A DNA stretch of 64,000 nucleotides from Planktothrix sp. GU0601_MAG3 (GTDB taxonomy: Bacteria; Cyanobacteriota; Cyanobacteriia; Cyanobacteriales; Microcoleaceae). The notes beneath the pieces were generated by a model, which saw only the letters and a list, made by a program, of their open reading frames with translations, searched no databases and had not been told where the DNA came from. The position numbers were made by a program, and so were the translations under genes. The stretch lies in contig CP136572.1 in the NCBI GenBank assembly GCA_035193785.1, positions 4,372,578 through 4,436,577 of the forward strand. Direction: 5' to 3'. Every line of letters begins with the position of its first letter. The first letter of the stretch is position 1. Positions 11,732 through 22,895 of this stretch are shown piece after piece.

Positions 11732-11875
11732 TAATTAGGGTTTCAGCTTAAAATATTTCTCCTCCTCCTACTTCCCCTGCTCCCCCTACTTCCCCTGCTC
11801 CCCCTACTTCCCCTGCTCCCCCTGCTCCCCCTGCCCCCCTGCTCCCCCTGCTCCCCCTGCTTCCTGTACTTCCCT
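11732..11875 (+). repeat. Second copy of the 26-nt head plus C-rich 9-mer tandem repeat
   Basis: Head identical to 10315-10340, followed by ctccccctg/cttcccctg tandem units. Confidence 0.8.
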
Positions 11876-12011
11876 TGTTCGGAAATTGCGATCGCTAAAT
11901 CAGCAACAACCGAACCCAATCCTGTTAATAACTTTGATACCCTATAGGTTAGGGAGCATATTATCCAAAAACGATTAGCCCAGGGATCACTGTATTGAGG
12001 AGAGGGGAAGA

Positions 12012-13032
12012 ATGTCTGCGACCGACTATAAAGACTACTACACGACTTTAGGACTAGATAAAACCGCGACAGCCGATGACATAAAAAAAGCCTATCGCAA
12101 ACTGGCCCGCAAGTGTCACCCGGACATGAATCCCGGGAATAAACAAGCTGAGGCTCGTTTTAAAGACGTCAACGAGGCCTATGAGGTGTTATCCGACCCC
12201 GATAAACGTCGCAAATATGATCAGTTTGGTCAATATTGGAATCAAGCCGGGGCGACGGGTTGGCCAGGTGGTGCGGGTTCGGGTCAAGACGTTAGCGGAT
12301 TTGATTTTAGTCAATTCAATAGTTTTGATGATTTTATTAATAGTCTTTTAGGTCGTGCCGCCACAGGTACGGGGGCAAGACCCGGAAGTAGTAGCAGTCG
12401 TAGTTATTCCTATCGAAACTCAAACCGGAAACCCTTCGGGATTTGGCGGGAGTCCCTACGGTAATGATTTTGCCTCGGGATTTAACCCTCGCAATCCTCC
12501 ATCGGTCGCCGATACGGAAGCAATTATTACTCTAACTCTGGCTGAGGCTTTTCATGGGGTGCAGAAACGCTATTCCACCGGGGAGGTGACGATTCCAGCC
12601 GGGGTGAAACCTGGGAGCCGGATTCGAGTCCGAGGTCAGGGTCAACTCGACCCCTACAGTCAACAACGGGGGGATTTATACCTGAAAGTAGAAATTCAAC
12701 CCCATGGTTTTTTCCAATTTGATGGGGATAATCTAGTTTGTGAAGTCCCGGTCACTCCCGATGAAATGGTTTTAGGTACATCAATTGAAGTTCCGACACC
12801 CGATGGGGTGGTCACGATGAATATTCCGGCCGGAATTCGTTCGGGACAGTCGTTACGGTTGCGAGGCAAAGGATGGCCAAAACCCAAGGGGGGCGGGCGC
12901 ACGGATCAATTAGTTAAAATTATTGTTGTGCCGCCGAAGGAAATCAGTTCCCATGAGCGAGAATATTATGAGAAAATCCGCTCCACTCGCAAGTTTAATC
13001 CCCGCAGTAGTTTAAAGGACATCAAGCTTTGA
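12012..13032 (+). CDS. DnaJ-class (CbpA-like) chaperone (frameshift at 12415)
   Basis: J domain with HPD; C-terminal 'GDLYL', 'LRLRGKGWP'; no zinc finger. Confidence 0.88.
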
Positions 13033-13501
13033 TGAGCAGTGGGCAATGGATTCTTGATTTTTATTCCCATAAACGCCGAAAATGCTTACTTTTATATCTT
13101 GACAAAACATAAAAAGTATGTATACAAGGCTCTAAAGGAATCAAAGTCAGCGGTTTTGCTGCTCAAATTTGTTAACTTTATAGATTTTCAAACTCTAGTA
13201 ATATTGCCATAATTGGCGCACAGTAGCAGAGAGATGTGTCCTGTGTGCTGAGAGATTATATAAGTCCCCTTGGGTAACTCGGGGGAGCCTAAAATATAAA
13301 CTCAATCCAGTGACATCGCTCTTTGAAGATGTGGTAGCGGGTTCGTAAGTAGGGGTTGAAGTCAAACAGGGTCGGAATTCCTGTTTTTGTGAAATCCGAT
13401 TCACCCCTACACTTTTTTTTGATCTGGCAGGGAATAGAGAATAATATATAAAGTTCCAATCTATTGATACACTCAACAAAGTGGTCAATAATTGGTTTTT
13501 T

Positions 13502-15188
13502 ATGTCTACTTATGATGCGATTATTATTGGTGCAGGTCATAACGGGTTAGTTTGTGCGGCCTATCTTCTCAAAGCCGGATATAGTGTTTTACTATTAGAA
13601 AAACGTTCCGTTCCTGGGGGTGCCGCCACAACAGAAGAAGCTCTCCCAGAAGACGCTCCAGGATTTAAGTTTAACCTCTGTGCGATTGATCATGAATTTA
13701 TCCATCTTGGCCCGGTGGTAGAGGAATTAGAATTAACAAAATATGGCTTAGAGTATTTATATTGTGATCCCGTTGTGTTTTGTCCTCACCCCGATGGACG
13801 GTATTTTTTAGCCCATCGTTTCCGTGGAAAAAACCTGTGCGGAAATCGCCCGATATAGTGAAAGAGATGCTCAGAAATATAAGGAATTTGTTGAATATTG
13901 GCAACGGTTAATGGGTGCGGTGAGTCCCTTATTTAATGCTCCTCCGACTTCAATTATTGAGATTGCTAAAAACTTTGATCGAGATTCTTTTCTGGATTTA
14001 TTAGCCCTATTAGGAGGAACGGATAAAATCTTAGATTTTGTCAGAACTATGTTAATTAGTCCAGAGGATTTAATTAATGAATGGTTTGATACGGAAATTG
14101 TTAAAGCACCTCTGGCTAGATTAGCTTCGGAAATCGGCGCTCCGCCCTCTCAAAAAGGTATTTCTGTGGGGGCGAGTATGTTAGCCATGCGCCATGACCC
14201 CGGGATGTCTCGCCCTCGGGGTGGTACCGGGGCATTAACTCAAGCTTTGGTCAATTTAGTTAAACATTTGGGAGGGGTGATTTTAACAGAAACTCCGGTA
14301 CAAAAATTATTAATTGATGACGGTCGGGTTGTGGGGGTGCGGGTTTCAGACCATCAAGAATATCGAGCTAAACGGGGCGTGGTTTCTAATATTGATGCTC
14401 GACGTTTATTTTTACAATGTGTTGACCCGACGGATATTGATGGGGCTGACCCGAATTTAAGAGAACGCTTAGAACGGAAAATTATTAATAATAATGAAAC
14501 TATTCTTAAAATTGATTGTGCTTTATCAGAACCCCTACGATTTGATGGTTATAATCATCAAGATAGCTATTTAATGGGCTCGGTTTTAATTGCCGATTCG
14601 GTAAATCATGTTGAAAAAGCCCATAATTTATGTACTGTGGGGGAAATTCCCGATCAAGATCCGTCGGTTTATTTAGTTGTACCAACGGTATTAGATCCCT
14701 CGATGGCTCCTGAAGGAAAACATACCTTATGGATTGAATTTTTTGCCCCCTATCAAATAGCAGGAGCCGAAGGTACGGGGTTAAATGGAACCGGATGGAC
14801 GGATGAGTTAAAATATAAAGTAGCGGATCGGGTGCTGGATAAAATTGCTGAATACGCTCCAAATATTAAGCATTCAGTTTTAGCCCGTCGGGTGGAAAGT
14901 CCGGCGGAATTAGGGGAACGTTTAGGATCTTATAAGGGTAATTGCTATCATATTGATATGACCTTAGATCAAATGGTTTTTTTCCGTCCCCTTCCTGAAT
15001 TAGCCAATTATACTACCCCCATTCAAGGTTTATTTTTAACGGGTGCAGGAACTCATCCAGGGGGGTCAATTTCCGGGATGCCTGGTCGCAATTGCGCTCG
15101 GGTATTTCTCCAGGCTCAAAAACCACTAAATCAAGTTTTAAAGCAGACTCAAAACACTCTCAAGTCTGTCTGGAGTCGTTTTAAGTAG
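13502..15188 (+). CDS. crtO: Beta-carotene ketolase CrtO (CrtI-like FAD oxidoreductase; frameshift at 13818)
   Basis: 'YDAIIIGAGHNGLVCAAYL', 'CAIDHEFIHLGP', 'GAGTHPGGSISGMPGRNCA'. Confidence 0.8.
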
Positions 15189-15318
15189 AGCCGTATTTAA
15201 GGTAATTGGGACATCAATTAAGATCGTTAAACTCCGGTCTGGTTAGACATTTTTGATTGCTGTTCCCCATTCCCTGCTATAACAGAAATACAGTTAGTAA
15301 ACCATCAAGCCAAATGTT

Positions 15319-15789
15319 ATGAAGCCACTTGAAACCAGTTCTAATTCTATATTAATGAGTCCCCGGGAATTATTGGATCGTTATGCCGCCGGAAAACGGG
15401 GTTTTATTGGTGTGAATTTACAAGGGGCTGATTTAAAAGGAGCCGTACTAAAGGGGATTTTACTTTGGCAAGCTAATCTCAAGTCCGCTAATTTAAGTGG
15501 GGCTGATTTAAGTAATGCTCATTTATTTGCTAACTTAATTCAAACTAATTTAAGTGGTGCTGATTTATCAGGTACTAAACTTATTTATGCGGATTTAAGG
15601 AAGGCGGATTTAACCTGTGCTAAGTTATTTAAAACTAATTTGAAAGGGGCAGATTTAAGGGGGGCGGATTTAAGGGGGGCTAAGTTAATTTATACTGATC
15701 TTGATGGTGCTAATTTAAAAGGAGCTAATTTAAAAGGGGTGATTTTATTCACTGTTAATTTGAATCAAGCGAATTTGGTGGGAAACTGA
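15319..15789 (+). CDS. Pentapeptide repeat protein (C-terminus probably extends past the frameshift at 15782)
   Basis: Many A(D/N)Lxx repeats after 'ELLDRYAAGKRGF'. Confidence 0.85.
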   Translation: MKPLETSSNSILMSPRELLDRYAAGKRGFIGVNLQGADLKGAVLKGILLWQANLKSANLSGADLSNAHLFANLIQTNLSGADLSGTKLIYADLRKADLTCAKLFKTNLKGADLRGADLRGAKLIYTDLDGANLKGANLKGVILFTVNLNQANLVGN

Positions 15790-15900
15790 TTTAAGCGAAA
15801 CTACCTTGATTAAAACGGATACTAAGTCGGCCATTTTATCGGAATCTGAGGAAAATCAAGATATAAAATATTAAGGTTTTGAAACTTTTCTAAATATTCG

Positions 15901-16809
15901 TTATAATATTTTTAAGTTTAAAATGGTTTCTAAGGTTAATTGTAGATTGGTTTTAAGTTGGTTTTGTGAATGGCGATCGCTTAAGTAATCCAGATGTTTA
16001 TGTTCTCCGGTAGAAATTATAAATAAGCGTTTTTCCTGCTGTGCTTTCGTAAAAGCTGTTGAAATATTCCCTCGATTTAGTAATATTATTTCAGCTAATT
16101 TTGCCCAATGATCTTGATTTCCCAACAGATGAAAAAATTGATCGACATCATTTAACCCAGGAGATAATCCAAACACACCTCCGTAGGAAATAATCATCAA
16201 TTTACAGGGAAGATATTTTTTTAAATGGGGTAGGGAAGCTAAGGCCATTCCCGTCCCGGTACTTCCTGATAAAAATATTAATTGACTGGAGTTTGATTTC
16301 GGTAAACCGATGGGGTTCAATAGACAGTGAGCGATGTCTTTTCCATAGTAATTTGTGAATCCTAAAATTAGTATAGTTTGCCAAAAGTTATGTAAAGACA
16401 TCACCCATAAAGGTAGGGGTTTGAGGTGTAAAATATTCCAAATTTTAAAGATAATTGAGGTTTTATTTGAAAAATGTTTCCAGGGGAAAGGTTCTGCAAT
16501 AATCCTATCAATAGCATAGACTTGGCTAATTTTATTAATCAAATCAATTTGCTCTGGATCTAAACTTTCTTGGGTATAGTCACTAATTCCGGTAATGAAA
16601 ACTAACGCCGTTTCCCAGGGTGGGGTTGCGGTTGGGATGGTGGGGGATTTTTGCCGCCAAGTAGACCACCATAATAGGGTTTCTAGGGCTGTGAATAATA
16701 GAATTAGGGCGATCGCAGTTAATACAATTGTAATCATTAATAACATAGGCAATCGAGAAGATATAAAATCTGCAATCAACAGGCTAAAATTGTAAACTAT
16801 TGATCCCAT
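15901..16809 (-). CDS. Hypothetical protein with N-terminal TM helix, possibly alpha/beta-hydrolase-like
   Basis: 302-aa ORF; 'VFITGI', 'SGSTG', 'EHKHLDYL'. Confidence 0.55.
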   Translation of the reverse strand: MGSIVYNFSLLIADFISSRLPMLLMITIVLTAIALILLFTALETLLWWSTWRQKSPTIPTATPPWETALVFITGISDYTQESLDPEQIDLINKISQVYAIDRIIAEPFPWKHFSNKTSIIFKIWNILHLKPLPLWVMSLHNFWQTILILGFTNYYGKDIAHCLLNPIGLPKSNSSQLIFLSGSTGTGMALASLPHLKKYLPCKLMIISYGGVFGLSPGLNDVDQFFHLLGNQDHWAKLAEIILLNRGNISTAFTKAQQEKRLFIISTGEHKHLDYLSDRHSQNQLKTNLQLTLETILNLKIL

Positions 16810-16852
16810 TAGCCATTAAAATTATAGGTGATACCTTCATCGCACCTTCCTA

Positions 16853-19050
16853 ATGTCCGTGAATCCGAATCAATCCTCCGATCCTTTGACCGCAATGCAG
16901 CCCGATAGTCCCCAAGGGTGGATACAATTGGCGGAAACCTATTATGCTCAGAAATCTTATGAAACCAGCGATCGCAGCCTGTCAAAAAGCGATCGCAATC
17001 GAGCCGAATGAGTCACTAACCTATGTGACCATGGGGAATATTTATCAAGCCCAGGGTAGAATTCAAGAGGCGATTCGTTCCTATCAACAAGCATTACAAA
17101 TTAACCCTAATTTAGCCCAAGCTCATGTTAATTTGGGGAGTATGTTTTATCGCCAGGGACAACTGGAATTAGCCATTAATAGTTATCGTCAGGCGGTCGA
17201 TTTACAGCCGGATTTAGCCGCCGTCCATTGGAACTTAGCTCAAGTTTTAAAACACTTAGGAAAGGACGGAGAGGCTCAACTTTCAGAGCAACGCGCCTTA
17301 GTCCTAAATCCTGAATTGGGAGGGGCAGATTTTCTATTTAATCAAGGGAATCAATTAGCCTCCCAGGGAAAAATTGAAGAAGCGATCGCCCTTTGGCAAA
17401 AAGCCATTGAGTTTCGCCCTGATTTTGCTGAAGCCTATGGTCAAATGGGGATGGTTTTACGACATCAAGGGAAATATAAAGAGGCAATTCCTTTATTACA
17501 AAAAGCACTGGAAATTAAACCCAATTTACCCTTAGCTCATCAACATTTATGCGGGATTTATCGTGATAGTAGTAATTTAGCTGCCGCCCGTCAAGCGGTG
17601 GATCGGTATGTGGAATATTGTCGTGAAGTTGACCCGATTATGTCGGCAATTTATAGCATTAGCACCTATCAAGTATCGGGGTTAAATCATATCGCTAAGG
17701 ATCGGTTTTTGAAATTAGAATCCCAACTGCATTCTAAATTAGATCGAACGACTTTAGTAGAAATTAAATCCCTCTATTCTAATTTACTTTTTAGTATGCC
17801 TTATTTAAGGGATGATTTGGATAACAATATTAAGCTCCATCATCGAATTACTAAAAAATATATTGAGAAAATTCTCAAACCCAAATATCAAAATATTTCC
17901 GATGCTATTCCGGCTACATTTCCCCATTCTCCGTTAAGAATTGGAATTTTGTCCAGCCATTTTAATCGTCATTCGGTGGGTTGGTGTAGTTTGGATGTGT
18001 TGCGGGAGTTATCGAATTTACCCGTTAAACTCTATTTTTATTGTACGGATCGTCTCCAGGCGGATGATCGGACTCCGTTATTTGAAGCGATCGCCGATAA
18101 GTTTTTTATCCCTAAATACTATCCGAATGGATTACCAACACCTGAAGAAATTATTCAAGAAATTACTAATGATCAAATTGATATTATTTTAGATTTAGAT
18201 GCTTTGAGTTTACCAATTCATGGAGATATTTTTTATCAGAAACCCGCTCCTATTTGTATCTCTTGGTTGGGATTTGATGCGTTACAAATCTCTAATCAAA
18301 CTTATTTTTTAGGGGATGAATTTACCCATCCCAAGGGGACGGAAAAATATTACACGGAACAATTGTTAAAAATGCCGCATTCTTTTATGGCGGTTTCTGG
18401 GTTTAACCGAGTTGAAACTGATCCAATTAAATTTCGACAAATCTATCGAATTAGTTCGGATCAAATTGTTTATTTATCCGTCGCATCAGGTCGGAAATTT
18501 AATGTAGAATTAGCCAAAGCTCAAGTGGAAATTCTCAAGCAAGTTCCCGATAGTATTTTAATTTATAAGGGTTTGGCGGATCAAGAAGTTATAATTTCAA
18601 CCTATCGTCAAATTTGTGATGGGTTGGGAGTGGGGAAACATCGGATTAAATTCTTACCGCGTTTTCCCAGGGAAGAAGAACACCGTCAAGTTTATGCTAT
18701 TGCGGATGTTTTCTTAGATTCCTATCCCTATAATGGCGGGACTCATAGTTTAGAAGCGCTTTGGTTTAATGTTTCCTGTTGTGACTCGAAAAGGGGAACA
18801 ATTTTTATCGCGGATGGGTTATTCTTTTTTACAAGGATTATCTATTCAAGAAGGAGTTGCTGAGTCTTGGAAAGACTATATTAACTGGGGGGTGCGTTTC
18901 GGTCAGGATAGGGTTTTGAGAACATTAGTTCAAGAAAAGTTAATTCAATCTAAGCAATCTGAATCTTTGGCTGCTCTTTGGAATCCTCAACAATTTGCTC
19001 AGAATTTGTATGATATTTTACAACAATTAATTATGCAAAAAACTGCCTAG
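16853..19050 (+). CDS. TPR-containing O-linked GlcNAc transferase (SPINDLY/GT41 family); frameshifts at 16961 and 18771
   Basis: Multiple TPRs, then 'LRIGILSSHFNRHSVG', 'DQIDIILDL', 'DVFLDSYPYNGGT', 'PVVT..G..FLSRMG'. Confidence 0.85.
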
Positions 19051-19144
19051 ATGTAGGGGGAATTGATGAATTCCTCCTAAAGATTGTAAAGAATTGAAAC
19101 GTTCTCTTGTTTATTGGGGCAAGGGGACTTAAGATTAAGGCTAT

Positions 19145-19348
19145 GGTTTTCGTGAACCTAAGCGGGGGCTAAAACCTGGGGGGGTTCACGAAAAACCCTA
19201 GAACCTTGACAAATCAATAGTTTATATTTTTGAGTCCGGTTAGTTATTGATAATCTGTTGCAATAACGAGGGCTGAAATGAGGCAATTTTTGAGGTTCAC
19301 GAAAATGGGCTCCAGAATGACTGCTTCATCAGGGTTTCAGACGGCAGA
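19145..19348 (+). promoter_or_regulatory. CRISPR leader
   Basis: Non-coding region abutting the first perfect repeat, with repeated cgtgaacc/ggttcacgaaaa motifs; the degenerate repeat is at the opposite end. Confidence 0.7.
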
Positions 19349-20892
19349 GTTTCAATTAAAATAATCCCGCTTGCGGGACTGAAACATACTAAACGTTCCT
19401 CTAATCCCAAAACTCCAGGAGTTTCAATTAAAATAATCCCGCTTGCGGGACTGAAACATTTATGAAAACTGACAGAATTAATTATTACGAATCTTCGTTT
19501 CAATTAAAATAATCCCGCTTGCGGGACTGAAACCATTAGTCATAAAGTCGAGACCAGGGACAGCAGCCTGACCTAGTTTCAATTAAAATAATCCCGCTTG
19601 CGGGACTGAAACTGGATGATATTGATAATAGTCCCTCTGATGTTATGTTTCAATTAAAATAATCCCGCTTGCGGGACTGAAACTTTGATCGCATCTTCGC
19701 CACTCTGAATCGTCATTAAGTTTCAATTAAAATAATCCCGCTTGCGGGACTGAAACATTTCTATTTTCACCGGATTCCCCGGCGCATAAAAATGGTTTCA
19801 ATTAAAATAATCCCGCTTGCGGGACTGAAACAGTTTTGGGCTTGGGTCGATAACGATGAGTTGCGATCTAAAGTTTCAATTAAAATAATCCCGCTTGCGG
19901 GACTGAAACGATTTTCAATCCTCTGAAGTGGCCCTAATTTTGGGAGTTTCAATTAAAATAATCCCGCTTGCGGGACTGAAACACTAATCTCTTTTTTTTC
20001 TTATTGCACTCACCCAGAGTTTCAATTAAAATAATCCCGCTTGCGGGACTGAAACTAATGCAAAACGCAACCAGCTATTTTATCAAAGGGGGAAACGTTT
20101 CAATTAAAATAATCCCGCTTGCGGGACTGAAACATAAACGAACTGAGTTAAAGCCCTAATTTGGGCATCAGTTGTTTCAATTAAAATAATCCCGCTTGCG
20201 GGACTGAAACAACAATGGGTAGTAAGTTGGCTTTGCCATGAGCTATGTTTCAATTAAAATAATCCCGCTTGCGGGACTGAAACTCCGACAATGTTGCGCT
20301 GTCCAACTTCTAATATCCGGTTTTGGTTTCAATGTTTCAATTAAAATAATCCCGCTTGCGGGACTGAAACCATATTTCCAAGGCAGAAGCCCCGGAAGAT
20401 ATCAAGAGTTTCAATTAAAATAATCCCGCTTGCGGGACTGAAACACGCTTTGATCGCCTTGCTTACCTTTGTTGGTATCAGTGATTGTTTCAATTAAAAT
20501 AATCCCGCTTGCGGGACTGAAACATCACCCAGTCTTCTGATTTGGCGGCTCAATTGTCAGGTTTCAATTAAAATAATCCCGCTTGCGGGACTGAAACTCG
20601 TGAAAGTTTAAGCCAACTTTTTCGGCAAATTCTTGGTTTCAATTAAAATAATCCCGCTTGCGGGACTGAAACGAGATAATAGTAATAGTAGCGTTAAGGT
20701 TGTTGTTGGTTTCAATTAAAATAATCCCGCTTGCGGGACTGAAACTGTTTGTTGAATGCGTTTGTTTAGTTTGCTTAACACCGTTTCAATTAAAATAATC
20801 CCGCTTGCGGGACTGAAACAATCCTGTTAATATTATAGATTCTGATTTTGTAACACTTTCAATAATGATAATCCCGCTTGCGGGACTGAAAC
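19349..20892 (+). CRISPR. CRISPR array, 21 repeats of 37 bp (GTTTCAATTAAAATAATCCCGCTTGCGGGACTGAAAC) and 20 spacers; type I-D-like repeat; no adjacent cas genes
   Basis: 20 identical repeats plus a degenerate last copy (20856-20892); internal hairpin TCCCGC-TT-GCGGGA; spacers 34-42 nt with one of 50 nt. Confidence 0.97.
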
Positions 20893-21002
20893 GAATCTAA
20901 ACCTTAGTCCTGACTGATATGAAAAAACCAGAAGTATTACCCCAGATTAGGATTGCTATACAGATTATAGTTAATTTTCAAGAATAGAGGAGTCTATTTT
21001 TT

Positions 21003-22137
21003 GTGGAAGAACGAACATACTGGTTAGCATGGTCACAGATTAATGGGGTAGGTTCTATATTAATTCAGCGTCTCAAACAGCATTTTCAAGCATTAGAAAT
21101 TGCCTGGGAAGCAAAGGTAAATGAGTTAATGTCAGTTGAGGGTTTTGGCAAGCAAACAGCCGAGAAAATTGTCCAACAGCGATCGCAAATTAATCCCCAA
21201 GAATTATTAGAACAACATACCGCTAAAAACCCCTGTTTTTGGACTCCTGCCGATGCTGAATATCCCCGATTATTATTAGAAATTCCCACCTTTCCGCCAG
21301 TTTTATATTATCGGGGAAAGGTTGAAACCCAGGAAAATCAGGGCATAACTCCGACGGTTGCGATAGTGGGAACCCGTACCCCCACGGAATACGGTTGTCG
21401 CTGGACTCGTCAAATTAGTACGACCCTAACCCGTCGGGGATTTACGATTGTTTCGGGGATGGCGGCGGGAATTGATACCCAAGCCCACCGCAGTTGTTTG
21501 GAGGTAGGAGGACGAACTATTGCAGCGTTAGGAAACTGGGGTAGATATTGCCTATCCCAAGGAAAATCGTCAACTTTGTGAAGCGGTGATTAATCAAGGA
21601 TTATTAGTTAGTGAATATCCCTCGGGAACTAAACCGAATCCCCGTCATTTTCCCCAACGAAATCGGATTATTGCGGGGTTAAGTCGGGCTGTTTTTGTGA
21701 TGGAAGCTCCCCAAAAATCCGGGGCATTAATTACGGCCCATGTTGCTAATGAATTCTGTCGAGATGTTTATGTTTTACCCGGTCGTTTGGATGATCAAAA
21801 TTCTCAGGGATGTTTGAAATTAATTAATGGTGGGGCGAGTCTAATTCCGGTTAATTTGGATGAATTACTGGAACAATTGGGAGCCATGCCACCTTTAGAT
21901 GAACCGCAACAATTATCTTTATTTGAAATTCCGGTTCAACCCCCAAAATCTATACCCGATTTAGACCCCGAATTATCTAAAGTATTACAAGCACTTTCAT
22001 CGGAACCGATGGCTTTTGATCAAATTATTGTTAATCTGAATTTAGATGCTGGCAACGTATCCGCAGCATTATTACAATTAGAATTATTAGAATTAGTGGA
22101 ACAATTACCAGGAATGCGATATCGAAGATTGGCGTAA
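21003..22137 (+). CDS. dprA: DNA-processing protein DprA (frameshift at 21532)
   Basis: 'VAIVGTR', 'IVSGMAAGID..AH', 'FPQRNRIIAGLS', 'EA..KSGALITA'. Confidence 0.92.
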
Positions 22138-22188
22138 TCTAATGAATATTGCCGAGAATTTTGGCTTCACTGACCCGGTTTTTTAAAG

Positions 22189-22828
22189 TTATTTTTGCTG
22201 AAATTCAGTTCTCAGGTCGCGTAACATTTTGCTAGTTCCTGTATCAATAGCTTTTTGCACCCATTGGGGAATAAGTTCCGTTAGGGATAACTCAGGAAAG
22301 GTAGGACTATTAACAGTTTCAGTGTAACCTTGATCAGAAAGTAAGTAAATTTTTAACTGTTGATTTCGATAAATCCAAACTTCAGGAACCCCGATGGCTT
22401 CGTAGACATCTAAAGTCGTTTTAGAGGTGACATCCGCTTCTATTGCTAAGTCTGGGGGTGGATACTGTTTTAAATCTAAGTTGGTACAACCTTGCACCCT
22501 TTGGGCATTTTGGATATAAAAGCAGGTATCGGGTTCTATTCCAGCAATGGGGGGACGTTTGAGGGTCGTTGAACCAAAATCCTCCCAGTCGCGCCCTTGA
22601 ATATCTAAAATCGCTTTAAGGATATCGGCGATAATCCGATGGGGGCGTTCATGCAGTGCCAAAGGGGACATAATTTCTAGGGTTTCCTCGGTAGTAGGCA
22701 ACGCGACTGTTGCGTTTTTCTCCTAAGTCGATCAGAATTTGCTCAAAATCCTGCCAGGATAGGTTAGAAATAGTAATCTGGCTACCCGGAGTGAGTTTAA
22801 TGGCTTGAATAGGAAAAGTTACACTCAT
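22189..22828 (-). CDS. Uma2 family (DUF820) endonuclease (frameshift at 22682)
   Basis: 'SWQDFEQIL', 'LEIMSP', 'EPDTCFY', 'PPDLAIE.D', 'YEAIGVPEVW'. Confidence 0.85.
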
Positions 22829-22895
22829 GTTTTTGCCTTGTGTTAATTCCTGGGCTTTCTCCTTAATGTTAATCCTCGAAACCCATCCTACGCCT

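Noticed and set aside
11442..13032. tRNA-Ser as the attachment site of a genomic island
   Set aside because: No integrase and no duplicated tRNA 3' end seen; the neighbours are housekeeping genes.
13195..13540. Minus-strand ORFs 13195-13488 and 13289-13540, and the many antisense ORFs over real genes (e.g. 35186-35845, 37950-38561)
   Set aside because: No recognisable motifs; they are shadows of real genes or of structured non-coding DNA.
19910..20173. Spacers 8 and 11 share GCCCTAATTT
   Set aside because: The match is only about 10-13 nt and the flanks differ, so it is probably chance.
19297..20423. Short ORFs at 19297-19503, 19767-19952 and 20238-20423
   Set aside because: They are translations of CRISPR repeats and spacers.
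8937..20892. IsrB as the effector of the CRISPR array (a Cas9-ancestor type locus)
   Set aside because: They are 9 kb apart with unrelated genes between. IsrB has its own omegaRNA, and the repeat looks class 1 (I-D-like) with no complementarity to the omegaRNA that I could see.
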